Made by a program: the position numbers and the translations under genes. DNA of 58,004 nucleotides, filler included, from Sphacelaria rigidula (lineage: Eukaryota): assembly GCA_964200075.2 (NCBI GenBank). It is 6 parts of 6 records of this genome, joined end to end, with 100 filler letters (N's around TTAATTAATTAA, not from the genome) between each part and the next. Parts side by side here need not be neighbours in the genome. Positions count along the whole stretch, not along the records: positions 19,370 to 28,953 come from CAXNAA020008155.1; positions 29,054 to 38,637 come from CAXNAA020008156.1; 4 more parts are not named here. One strand, 5' to 3'. The notes beneath the pieces were generated by a model. It saw only the letters and a program-made list of their open reading frames with translations. It was not told where the DNA came from and did not search any database. Shown here in pieces: positions 23,230 to 35,492 of the stretch (position 1 is its first letter; each line of letters starts with the position of its first letter).

Positions 23230-26162
23230 TTAGCGCTTCCGGGTCGGTTTGCTGTGGTGACTCGTGCCACGGTCATGATGCACTCGCCCGTTGTTGAATT
23301 TGGAATACAGGAAATGTGGTGAAATGTGATCGGTAGTGTCCTCCAAGTACCGCTTCGCGAATTCCGCATCTTTTTCTCGCTCAACGCTTGCGAATTCGCT
23401 CAGACTAGGGTTGTGCATCAACAGTCAATCACACACCAACATTTTGATTAATAGTGGATTTGAGTGTTTTGTGCTATCAGTCAATCATTCGATCATTCAA
23501 CCTTTACAAAGTTGCATATGTTCCAAAAAATCATTGTTGTGCCTGAATCGAACAACCATCGCTGATTATTTTATGGAGAATGAACCAGGCGCTTGGGGTT
23601 CGAAATACACCAGCAAAGAAATCACGATTAGTTGATCAACCCTTTTGCTACTGGAAATGAAAAAGTGCTGTTTTTGTAACAAAAAAAAGACATGGTCGAT
23701 TGTTTGCAGCTTCCAACGACCACTATTTCGCCCAAGGCGTGTTTTTCAGACCCGCGACTGCTCTCGACTGGCGGTGAATCGCGTAAATACTGCATCACAC
23801 CTCACTCCTTCCACGTGTGGTGAGGGGATTTCTGTGTGCTCGGCCATGCTACTTTGTTTCTGTGATGTGGCTTAGCACGCTTGCCAAGTGTTGGGCGGGC
23901 ACGGCGTACAGAATGCAGCACAACAATACTCCGGTGGGGTGGGTCACCTATATAAATGTGTGCCGCAGTGCCACACAGGACTCAACATGAAAAATATACA
24001 GGTGGTGCTGATGTTTGTTGTATGAAATTCAGAGGTCGCGGTGCTGTTTTTTGCTGTGCACAACGTTGGACATACTTGACCCATTGCGTGCCCTCGTCCC
24101 CTCATTCGATTAAACTAATCCGATTGCACCGGGGTGACATTATTCGTGGAAGCATGACTCACGTCGGTGGATTCTTCCGTGGTCTTCCGCCGCAAAAATG
24201 ATTGTTGGCATATTCTTTTCCCATTTTTTTTGTCAGCGCTTAAAATCATGAGGCGTTTGGACCGGTGACGAGAAAGGAGGGCTCTAAAGGGGTTGAAAAA
24301 TCAAGCTTTCAACCCTACTGTAGATGATTTAAACGTGAAATCAAAATATAAAAACATTCACAAGTTGAGCATAAATTCAAATTCCATGTCAAGTGCGAAA
24401 TCTTTTCCCCTTCAAGTATTCGGGTGTGGCAGGTTGATGCGCAACTCTTGCTCGGACCCAAAATGGTTGCCATGCGTGGGCTATTCATCATTCTCGCTTC
24501 CAAGACGGGGTCTGAGGCGGGCGGTGCAATCACCAACCATCTGTTGTTACTCCTCGGCTGTATCAGGGGGACCCGCCTATGGGCTGGAGAAAACCTGCGG
24601 CATCGGCGACGAGTGGCAAGCCGGAATACCATCCTTCTACTTCATGTCTAGAACATGATTCGAAAGGAGGCATCACCGAATAGTGGCAAGCCCGACGAAC
24701 AGCAGAAGTAATCAATTCCCTGTATTGCGTTCGTTTCGACCGCACCGCACGAAACCGTGGTGGCATCGCACGTACGGTACGGTACTTCCACGCGTTCGAT
24801 GTGCCTGAATGCAGGGTTAGGCGCCATTTTTCACATTCAACATGTGGGATGCACGTGAACATGAAACGCTGTGGGGTCTGACTTGCGCAAAGAAAATGAA
24901 AAGGACTTCGAAAAAGTGTGTGTGCTTTTGCCTTCAGACACACCGGCAGCAAAAACCAAGAAGTCGACAGGCATATATACATGAGCTGGACATGCTCTGC
25001 GAAAGACAAATCCCCTGAAACAGAGGAAAAGGGAATCGTGCACGCGGTGCTGTGCCGACGACTGGGGCTGTCTGTGGTCTGTCATATCAATACAAGTGTT
25101 CATGTCCTCGGCTCTCCTGAGACTCCAAAAGCTACCAAACCCAGATAGCTGCCCTCCCTGTACCACACTGCACTGCACCTTGACTAGCGCTTGTGGACAT
25201 CGTTCTATGCACCCCTCGCGCGTCATTTTCTGGCTTGCTGCGCTGCAAGAAAGAGTGGACGCTTGCATCTCACCATGGAGAAGGCAGGGTAATGGCGACG
25301 ATCGATGGCTATTTTGCAACATTCAAAACCGCATGTATTCGAATCGCCGCAAAATCTCGCGTTTTGTTCACTTTTCGGGATGGACTTCTCAAGTGAAACA
25401 CCGGTGCCCTACACAGATCTTCCCAGGCGAAACAAAGCTTGCCATGGCACAGCCAGTTGTGGTGCAAACACAGGCCGCCGTTCTCTTTCTCCCAGACATT
25501 CACCAAGCTAGAACATGCGCAGTTGATAGGGGTACTCTTACCGTGGTCTCTGGTGCGCTTGGAGCCAGCGCTACCCTCTGTTGGTGTGGCTGTCGGTGTG
25601 TTTCGTAATGGCACATCATAAAGTGTTGAAAACGAAGGTGGGAGTACTGTAGTGAGGAGGTCTGGTCTGACAAAACAGCCCTATATGCACCTATGCTGCA
25701 CACAGGATGCGGATGAAAAGAGGAATTGCTCGTTAGCTTACTACACAGTGGTGGCGGCTGAGCTTCATTCACACGGTTATGGTGGCTTCCCAACCCTCGA
25801 AGTCTTCCTCCATCATGCCTGTGTCCTGCGGCAAAAAGTGGGGCAGTTTGAAATTGCCTAGCGATAAATCAAGTGAAGAGGCGTTCTTCGTTTAAATTTG
25901 GCCAAATTGTGATAAACCTACAGTACTCATGATCAAGAGTAAACCACGACGCCCGCAACCCCCGTGTATTCAACGAACCCAGACAAGATGAACGGACACA
26001 CACGCGCATCCCACCACTCACCTTTGCTCTCTTGATATGTCGAGGGTTATCAGTCCTTGACGGCGGGCTGTTGAGCGACATCCTTCTCAACACTTCCTGC
26101 GCTGACCGCGTAGGGCTGGTAACCGCCGCCGCGGTTCCTGCTCCTGCTTCTCCTGCATCCAT
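23230..26162 (-). CDS. Multi-exon gene of unknown function (model partly resolved)
   Basis: Exon 1 26162-26022 MDAGEAGAG...RHIKRAK with a GTGAGT donor. Phase-compatible exons lie near 25858-25742 and 25590-25543 (GTAAG donors). The likely terminal exon 23404-23230 reads LSEFASVEREKDAEFAKRYLEDTTDHISPHFLYSKF...RKR*. The middle exons are ambiguous. Confidence 0.45.
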
Positions 26163-27233
26163 ATTTTATCACAGCGGAACAAACTGACCACCGGGAAGAA
26201 TTTTTTGACGATGCAATAGAAGCAGTGCTTGCGATCCTTGCCCTGACTAGTAGTTTCTTCTCCCGTGTGGTGGAGCAGTTCAAAACAGCCTTCTCCTTCC
26301 GCGGTAGTAATGCTCTAGATGGTTGCGCTTTGACGCAGTAACGGTCGAGTACCGTTACTGGGTGGGTCCTGTTGCGGTTACGGTAGTTGTTGCGGTTGCC
26401 CGGTATTGCCGTCTTGAGAGAAAAGCGCGCGCACTCCTCTAGTTCTTGATTGTGCAATAGGTATCGTGTTTATTTATACCCAGTGCACACGCCGTACTGT
26501 AGATGCTTCTGTCTAGATTCACTGTAAGAGTATTCAGCCAAGCTTGAATGCTTGTATGAAGTGTTAAGTGGGTTGGTGCAAAACGGCCAACGGGCAGTTG
26601 TGATATGCTCTTCGTGCGTACACATTGTTTTTCAGTCGGACATTACCCAGTGTGTTCAGACCCGCGTTAGAGGGACAGAAACTGAAACTACCCTTCGATA
26701 CTTGTTCCATAGATAGATCCCACGTCCGAAACAATATACGAACGTATATAGGCAGGATATGCGCTTCTATCGTTGTTGAAAAATATCGAAACATGGCAAT
26801 CAATATGCAGTACACTGCAGTAAAGGGCGCCCCCAGTGTTGAAAAGATGAGAACATATTTTCGTATCCTCTTCGTGTTGAAATATGACGTTTTGGGAACG
26901 CAAAGGGAATGTTACATAGCTCGACCCCGCTATTTCGTGGTTTTGTGAAAGGACTCACGCAAAAGGTAGTATGTAGCGTGGAACAGTATACTGAGCTCAT
27001 TGCATTCGGTTTCAGGTAAAGACCATGTAATATTACATTTTCGAAGAATTCGTCGAATGAAGTGCCGCATATACAGCAGAAGGAAGCGATATCTGACTCG
27101 ACAGTCACCGACCGAACAGTCTTTTCCGGTCTGTCTTGAGTCGATTGTGATATCAATAAAAAAGGGAAAGTGCGGCTACTGCCGGCTGGTGACGAAAATC
27201 CACATTTGCATGACTTTGAGAGGTACTAACCAC

Positions 27234-27604
27234 ATGCCGATATTCCGGGTGTCCCTGGATCTCTGCATGATTGCGGCTATTGTCTTATTGCTTGCTGCGG
27301 GCCATGGTTGCAACGGCTTTGTTTCCCACAGAGCCTCTTTGATCAGCAAACGAAGCGGAATCATGCCGCAGGAGGCGCCGGTCAGCAGCCGACTCCGCTC
27401 GCGGATTCCGTCCGGTAAAATCACCGCCAACGCAGAGGAGCGTGATATTTTGCGGCCAGCAACAGCAACGAGGTGCATACTTTTCATTGTGATTGAATTT
27501 TTCATGACCTGTCGCAGGAGGTCGATTGAACACTCTCTACATCCTCTTCCACAGGAATGCAGACCAGCTACAGTATGATGAGGACAAATCCTCGATCTCT
27601 GCAG
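27234..27604 (+). CDS. 5' exons (27234-27472, 27555-27604) of a probable plastid-targeted protein; remainder not identified in this contig
   Basis: MPIFRVSLDLCMIAAIVLLLAAGHGCNG-FVSHRASLISKRS is a hydrophobic signal peptide with Phe at the cleavage site and an S/R-rich transit-like stretch (stramenopile bipartite presequence). An 82-bp GT-AG intron keeps the frame open. Confidence 0.6.
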
Positions 27605-27686
27605 GTACAGGCCCCAATTTCTGGGAAATCGGGGTGACTCAGATTTGCGAAAATCAGATTTGTACGCGTAGGTTTCCTGTTTTTAA

Positions 27687-27784
27687 CCCTTGAACCGCGA
27701 GGTTAGTCTTCTGTTGAATCGGCATCAATTTCAAGTGAAAGAAAGTATGCATAATCCAGAAAGACTAATCTCGTGGTCTAAGGG
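27687..27784. mobile_element. Solo ~100-bp piggyBac-like mini-element (inverted relative to 22387-22487)
   Basis: TTAA-CCCTTGAACCGCGAG...CTCGTGGTCTAAGGG-TTAG with an internal TGAATCGGCATCAAT match. Confidence 0.7.
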
Positions 27785-27836
27785 TTAGAAGACCAAGTGT
27801 CGTGATGAATTTATTAATTTTATTTGTGTGCCCTCA

Positions 27837-28315
27837 CGCCAACTATAATGGGAGCCGTTCAAAATTCCTGTCGGAAACTGCCTTTTGGGCCCTTTTTCTG
27901 TCGATTTACGCCCGAAAAGAGGGCCAGGCGAACGTTGACGCCTTAGAATCACTGGCTCTACTCGCTGAGGTCGTTCCAGGGCAACTTTGCATTTCCCGCT
28001 GGCCGCACTTTAGTTTTTGGCCAAATAATGCCAAACATGAATTTTTAGTAAAAAATGGTCAGGTGATCAAAATTTCCTCCTGTTTTACGATCGCTTGACC
28101 ATTTTTTGTTGGAAATCCGTTTTTGGCCAAAAATGAAAGTTCGGCCAGCGGGAAATAAAAAGTTGCCCTGGAAGCGCCTCAATCAGTAGAGCATGTCATT
28201 CCAATACGTCAACATCCACCTAGCCGTAACCCTCTTTTGAGGCGTGAAACGACGGAGAACGGCCAAAAAGGCAGTTTTGGACATCAATTTTGAACGGGTC
28301 TCTTTAGAGTCGGTC
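27837..28315. mobile_element. Foldback MITE copy 2 (inverted homolog of 5863-6333) with 3-bp TSD TCA
   Basis: TCA at 27834-27836 and 28316-28318, TIRs, and shared TTCCAGGGCAACTTTGCATTT blocks. Confidence 0.8.
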
Positions 28316-28369
28316 TCAGATGTGAGTTTTTCGCAGTACACTGCTACTCATCACTGTAAACGTACTTAA

Positions 28370-28880
28370 CCCTTTTGGGACCGGACTCCCACTTACACAG
28401 GGTTGACCCTGTATTAGCGAAATAATTAAAAATAAGTCTTCGAGCGACCTGCCAAATCACGGCGAGGCGAAATTTATCGACCAGACCCGAACGACCAGCG
28501 CAGGGATTGTTGTCGAATGTGATTCACTGCAAAGATCGTGTGGGGACCCTATCCCTGGCCCAGATACGCCTTACCAGCCAGGTTTCTACGTGCAGCGTGG
28601 TCGCGGCTTGGTTTTATGGTATTACTTACCCTCAGTATACCTACGTTCCTTTTTCCGGAGTGTTTTTTTGTGTCCCAACTCTATACTGAAACGTAGTCAT
28701 TTACACTGAACACAGGGCGGACCGGAAAAAACCGGGAAGGAGTGTACATGCTACAATGTGGTCATTTTCACAAGGCACTAAACTCAGGTGGGCCGTGGAA
28801 AGACAAAAGGAGCTACCGTCATGAGTTCTGAATTCTGCTTATTCCTCTGCCGATGACTTGCACTGTGCAGTTGACATGTA
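28370..28880. mobile_element. piggyBac-like element, one end (homolog of 11040-11535)
   Basis: TTAA-CCCTTTTGGGACCG start and long inverted similarity to 11040-11535. Confidence 0.75.
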
Positions 28881-28953
28881 CTTCCTCTGTCCCATAAGCA
28901 AAGTCCGTTATGGGCTTTCAATCGTTTGTGCATTCAAACTCTTCCGATCATCC

Positions 28954-29053
28954 NNNNNNNNNNNNNNNNNNNNNNNNNNNNNNNNNNNNNNNNNNNNTTA
29001 ATTAATTAANNNNNNNNNNNNNNNNNNNNNNNNNNNNNNNNNNNNNNNNNNNN
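28954..29053. other. Artificial contig spacer
   Basis: 44N-TTAATTAATTAA-44N. Confidence 0.98.
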
Positions 29054-29452
29054 TGTTCGGCCCGAAGCCTACTGATTATCTCGCAATTGGATGACAGCCT
29101 ACAGAGAGATGCATTATTATTTGGTATCGCCACTTCCTGAGACAGCCATTTCTTGTTCCTCGCTCAACTATAAATTTACTATTTTCACCGGATGGTATGT
29201 TTGTGGTCTTGTTGTCCCTTCCGTCTCTCTTCCTCACGTATTATTTACTTTATATGATGTTTCGTTCGTCTCCAGTTTTTGTTCAGTGCACCCCTCTTTG
29301 TTATTTTTTCCCCTCTCTTACTCCTTGTCTTCTTACCCTCCTCGAGTGTCCGTTCGCTAGTGTTCCCGTTGTGTCTAGCTCACCCACGTCTAGCTAACGA
29401 CGACACCTAGATCCCTCGCGAATCAATGAATGTGCGACAATCAATCAAAATC
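29054..29452 (+). mobile_element. LINE 3' UTR with (CAAT)n tail, lying in an AAR2 intron
   Basis: T-rich tract ending TGTGCGACAATCAATCAA, the same tail type as at 6468-6492 and 20132-20152. Confidence 0.5.
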
Positions 29453-29579
29453 ATCAGCCGACGGCGGAACAAAGAGCACATGCTGCGAATATCACAGGTA
29501 TCAAATCCTGCCAAACAAATCAAGGGTCAAGAGCGCCCTACTGCACCCCTCAGCCCACGTCTTGTGGCCGCCTGCTCAC

Positions 29580-32500
29580 CCGAGATTAGCGTCCATTTGC
29601 AAGTGTAGAACCGAGGTTCGCAGTGAACGCAGCGCACCTTCCGGCAAGGCCACCGCCGCGTCCACCAAATCTTCCGCCGAGGCATCCCACTGCGTCGCCG
29701 CCACCGTGCCCGCTCCGCTCCGAAAAAAAAAACACTGACAACCGAAGGAAGAAACCACAACAAATAGATTTGTGAGGCGCTCTTCCCGAGTATCCCGTCG
29801 GGTCCCGTTTCGTGTGACTGAGGGAGGATTGCAAGGTTGTGTTATATAGGGTACGGTATACCCGGAAGTGAGGGACTTTTGGTTGGCATACTAAACCATA
29901 CCAAAATGTGTATCGAACATCCCGATGCGGTTTGAGCGGGTGTCGAGCCCTGTTCCGAGTACCCCAGTCCGGTCCGGAAGGGTATTTGCCGATAAAGTAC
30001 ATATTTTACACTTCTGTAGATACCCAAATTTCAGCCCGTAAACCTTACAGAACATAACCATGGGGAATCGGCTCGGACATTCGGGTGGGTTGAGAGATAG
30101 AGGGTATTGCACCGGTTCGTTCTAGGCGGCCGCGGATAGAGACGTTGCATCGTCTATCGACACGTGAATTTCGGTCGGCGTCGAACAACAACGGAAGCTG
30201 CATGTGGTCAGTGTCAGGTCGGTAGGGTGTTTGATCAGCAGTGACATTATATTGGGCACGAAATATTAAGGCGTGGGTTTGGTTGAGACACAACGAGGGG
30301 TAAAACCACAGTTCTCACATTCCACAGTACGAGTGTATGTACAGAGCAACGTGTGCAAGATGTTCAAAACGTGCGGAATTTTAGTTGCACCCTCTCAGTG
30401 TCGCTGCTCCTTGGCACTTTTCTTCATGCGCCGATGAGCGCCACGGTGTTTTCGTAGAAGATGACAACTATCGCGCGTTTTGTTCTCGATTCTGCTCGCT
30501 TGACCCTAATATCAACTGGGCTACAGCCGTTCAACGAGCACAGGCGACTGTAAAAATGCTCGAAACGTGTGCGTGAGGTAGAGAGCAAAGTGCGGACGCC
30601 GTTTCGGGGTAGTATGAGCTCTGGTGTGTGAAGAGCCAGGCTGCAAATTGTCGCGGATGCTGGTCTTCGTACAGACCGGTATCGTGACGCTGTGAGAGAC
30701 TACCACACCCGTGCTACGGACGAAACCAACGCGAAAAAGGGATCATCAGTAATCTAGAGGAAATGGGCATTTCATTGCACAAAAGGCGGGAATACTTCAC
30801 GTGGACCTCGCTAGTCAAAACGGTGTGGTTTGGAGTCGGAGAACATTCGAACTTTCCGGTCGAAAAGTCGTGCTTGACGTATTGTTGACGCGGGTGGTAC
30901 ATCAGCACATACTCTGGGATATATCGCGGCGTTGACACTCGAGCTTCGTCGCGTGCTATTGCACAAGTAAGTTTCGCGTGGTCTCTATCGACATCATGCA
31001 CTTTCCGACTCGGAGCATGCGACGGCGTTACGTGCATCTCGCCAATGAAACATTTGGACGTCGCCCCCAAAAAGCCCTTGCGTTGCCATCTTCACAGCGG
31101 AATCGGCTCGACCATCGATCGGCATTGCTCGTGTTTGCATCGATTGCTGTATCCCCCTCGCTGAATACACCAGCGTTCCCGACTGCTCAAAACGAAACAG
31201 GCCCCGTGAGACAGCCAAAAGGAGGGAAGAGTGACGGAAAATGACTAAATAAGGAACGAAGATCTACGACAAGGCCCAGGGAGAGCTTGGATTCTTGGGT
31301 AGGAGCCCATGCGGGGCCGAGCATTTGTGCTTCTTATGTCGCATCCAGTGAGTAGTCAGGCCGGATGTTCCACGACGTGTCCCTCATACATCCAACCTTC
31401 ATACAGCCAAGGATATCTCCATCGACAGACCGCGAACCACGTCAATTCCAATCGCTTTGGGTAGCTCTTCTGTGTAGCTGTCACCTTCCTCATGTGTTGC
31501 CACGATGCAGCGTCCGGGCTAAGGAAAATTCTGGGTAAAACAACATAGTATTCATGTAAATACCTACACATCCCAAGAGTCTCGGTCTGGCTCGTGTGAC
31601 TCGGACTCGCTCAAGTCACGATGGAGCCTTCATTTCGAATGACTCTTAGGAACTGAGTTCCATGAGTCATGCGAAAAACTTGACTACTCCTGGGCTCCAA
31701 GTCCTACGGAGTCATTGAATTGGTACTATTATTTCATCAGTATTATTGAAGACGAAGTACCAAAAATCATTTTAAAAAGAAGGGATTAATTGTAGGGTTC
31801 AGGTCCTACAAGTCATGAGATGAAAACGACACTTACAGGACTTGAAGTGCTACGAGTTATGAGAAATATTGATGACTCGTGAAACCTAAATGAGACTCAT
31901 CCTCATGTAGATTTCAAGCTCAAGATGGATGTGTTGGCCCTCTTCTTCTCGATGACCCCCACGGTCGAGCCGATCTCTGAAACTTGAACAATCGGATTCC
32001 GAACTGAACCGTACTGTACTGTACGCGCTCGTACGGCAGTGTACGGGTATGGTACCGTGCTGACTGCACTGTACCGTACTGTGTGGTAGTTCCTGTCCTG
32101 TCGTTACTGTGATAACATGTGCTGCACTGAATATAAGGTGCTGCACGGTACTGTACCGCACTTTCTCTTGCTACGACCAGTGCATGCCCACTGTTTCTTC
32201 TCCGTAGAAGCACGTACAGTGTGGCCGACCGTCTGTCAGACTGACCTTCATCTTTCTCAGTGAGCGGCATGACTTGAGTCAGACTCAGGGTGTCTTCTAT
32301 ATGACTCGTCGGACTTGAGTCAGACTCGTTCTCACTTCTTTTGAAAGGCTCAAACGACTCGGGTCAGATTCATTCGTATTTTCCGCAATGATTCGTGGGA
32401 GTTGAGCGGAACTTGAGTCCCACGAGTCACTAAAAAACCGTTGGCTCGTGGGACCCAGGTGTTGCCAGTCACCAAACAAAGTGGCGAATCGTAGGACTCG

Positions 32501-34159
32501 AGCCTGGCTCGTGCCCATTTTCCCAAATGACCCGTTGAGCATGATTCACCACGGGCCATGACTCATTGGATGTGTGCAAATACCGCATCCTCTGGAATAT
32601 TACTGCCCACGATATGGGTATATGGGTCGTGAATGACGCCTTCTGACATGGGTAGATGGTGTCTTGAGCAACAGTGCGTGACCGTACAACGTAAGTCCTG
32701 TGTGATCACGTTCGAAAATGCTATAATAGAAAGGAAATCGACCACTAGCTTTACACAACAACTACATTTCCTGTGCAAGCTCGGAGAAAGTATCCATCGC
32801 CAGCGTGTGCGCTATGGTGAATAGGGTGGCGTCAGAGGTCTTGGACATCTTTACAAAGGTTGTCAAAAGCTGGATACCAGCAGCCTCGTGGCTGCGTGCA
32901 TTACAGACTCCGTCGACTCAAAGAAGCCTCAGGTTCTTCTCGGAGGGGTGGCGAAAAAACGTAACACACCCGACGCAATGCTGTTCTACTGTACAGTCTG
33001 AGCAAACATCCAACACGCGGTACGTTCCTACTTGAGCATCAAACTGACCGACCTGTAGCCGCATCTCCAGGAAGCGCAACACGTGATCAGACGCCCAGCC
33101 TAGAGAAGTCCGTCGTCTGAAATTTCAGCACGCGCACACTGGGATGCACTGCATGTACATGAGTACTGGTATACCTGTTTTTCTCCTTCGCCTGTGCCGT
33201 AGTGCGCCAAGTGGAGGCCCGCAGGGATCATCTTCACTCCCTTGAACTGTGCTCCCGTCTGACGAGCGCAGATGTTGGAAGGAAAAATAAATAATAATAA
33301 TCAAGGACGCCAGGACACAATCATGTTTCGGTATACTTCTCATGGCTACGACACAACTTTGCATCGTGCTTGAAATATCGGTACGACTGTGAAGTACACA
33401 TGATGCTTCCTCATGAATCGAATTATATGGTTAATGGCATACTGAACCTACTCCCAGCGTCCTCGCCGTCGAGGCGCAGTGCTACGGAGATCACGACGAA
33501 CGCCACAAACCCGAAATCGAGATGAATACCGACAAAGACACTACTCAGCAGCGGGACAGCGTCGGCTGTGACAATTGCCGGGCGAGGACCTCGGAGCTCG
33601 GCGCCCCCGATCGCGTTAAACGAGCTACAGCGGACGACGTTGTTGCGCTGCTGGGACCTTTATGAGGGTGCTGAATAAAAGCGGCCACGGTTCGCTGTCT
33701 TGCTTCAGTCGACGCCATGTACAACAAGGCCACGGTAGACGCACATGAGACGGGTGGTGTACCCGTTCACTGTCGACACGAACATGATACGTCAACGACA
33801 CTTCATGTACTGTGCTCTGTCAATACGTGGACGAAGACTCACAGCCACGGCTAGCGAAGATACTACATGCTATGATATCATGTTTTTCTACTGTACCACC
33901 CGTACACTGTACCATGCTACGCTGCGCGGCCCTGTGCTGTCCTGTAAGATACCATACTCGTACTGTCTGCACTTTGAAGTCAGCTGCATCACCATGCCGC
34001 CATACGGCGAAAACGCTAAAAAGCGTCCAGCAAGAACACGAGTACCTTGTAGCTCTTGAGGTCAACACCAAAGTCCACTCCAGGTGGCACACCAAGGGCC
34101 ACAAAGTAGCCCCCTTCCATTAACCTCTGCCGCGCCTCTTGCTCACTCATTCCGTCCAT
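29580..34159 (-). CDS. AAR2: AAR2 (U5 snRNP assembly factor), first three coding exons 34159-34046, 33258-33175 and 29734-29580; 3' part beyond the contig end
   Basis: Spliced: MDGMSEQEARQRLMEGGYFVALGVPPGVDFGVDLKSYK|TGAQFKGVKMIPAGLHLAHYGTGEGEKQ|CFFFRSGAGTVAATQWDASAEDL...QMDANLG. It carries the AAR2 motifs P.G..FG.D, F.GVKMIP.G.H and WD...EDL. All junctions are GT-AG and in phase. Confidence 0.92.
31567..32574. mobile_element. ~1-kb non-autonomous TIR element with dense subterminal GACTC/GAGTC motifs, in AAR2 intron 2
   Basis: TIRs CACATCCCAAGAGTC / GACTCATTGGATGTG, motif-rich arms at 31570-31900 and 32270-32565, and a central (GTACT)-type repeat at 32005-32160. Confidence 0.55.
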
Positions 34160-35492
34160 CGCAAAGAAAGACTGCTCTCGTGTGCAGCTCCTGCTCCCGG
34201 CCGGAGCTGCCCGGTTTTTATGTTCCGAAAAGTGCAATCCAGGTTTCGACGAGCTTTTCGGACTGATGATCAATCACCGTGTGATGTACTAGAGTTCCGG
34301 GACTATATCTTCGGGATGGTACACGCGATGCGAAAGTGGCCACGGTGATTCGCTGTTGGTGCCAGCTTTAGTGGGTCGGATCCGTGACGAGCACTTGGGC
34401 TGTCGCTGGTCAAATGGCAAGAAATTTGAATTTCAAACTCTGGATATGTGTGCTCGATACCTCTCCTGTCCAGCTGACGAATGAGGTGTTGGTAACGCTT
34501 TTCACATTCAAAACGCAACGGAGAACCTGGCGCACGTGCTCGGGTGGGATCTATCTCATTCGTTTATCTCCTTGCGCCCCTTTTTGCTCGCCCACGCGTT
34601 TCTCCGCACAGCAGGAGACATCCAAATATCATATTTTGGTCATTTTCCAACATTTTTTATCGTCTTTACGGTATAAGGCTTTAGATATTTCAAGATGATT
34701 TCGGGTAACTTTGTGCATAGGGCTGAAGTGGCTGAGGATTTTGGACATGAAAATCTCTGTTCACATAAAGGCTTGCCCGCATGGTGTCGTGGAGCCTTGT
34801 CTAGAGTAGATATTGACACAACAACTAGCAAATATGTGACCTCGGGTCTGCGAAGTCTGATCCTTCGGCGTAGCTGTACCTTCGACTGAAAGGGAGATTG
34901 ATCACTTGACAGATCTTCGCTGTGACAGCGAATACATGCTTCGCACGTTTGCTTCACTGAGTTTCTTAGCCGGCACTTACGCCAGGCACTCTTTCCCTAC
35001 ACCAGTTTTTTCCCGCGCTGCGTTCGCTTCTTCGGTGATCGCTTCATCCACAATTTCCTCTAGAGGGTCGCCTTCTGTGCGTTGTACAAGGTGAAACCCA
35101 GCGCCAGCGGCCGTTGTGCCTCAGGGGCACTACAGTAACGTGTCGTTGTACCGACCAAAACCGACATCATTACATTGATAATTACTTGGCTCTTATGCCG
35201 ATCAGATGATAATCCCAGGCGATCCGCAATATGTCTCACAGGATGCCTGATATAGTGCGTGAGTTGATGGCCTTCGACTACTCCCGAATAGCTTACACCA
35301 TCAGTGTTGAAGTGCCCCACAGGACAAGTTGATATACGAAGGATATGACCGAAGTCTCCCGTCATATCCGTCGTCGAGATACGAGCTACAACTGCGGTAG
35401 GCGAAAAGGCGAACAGTCTTGTGGACAGAAACCAAATTAACCGCGCAACTTCGTGAACGTCGGGCAGGCTCCATCGAGGACGCTCTGCTGCA

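Noticed and set aside
21580-23320. Plus-strand exon-like patches (e.g. 23040-23322 Ala/Gly-rich frame, donor at ~22256)
   Set aside because: No consistent phase-linked model or homology could be built.
33020-33100. FLEMRLQVGQFDAQVGTY as an additional AAR2 exon
   Set aside because: The true homologous segment is the in-phase exon 29734-29580, and this patch lacks suitable splice sites.
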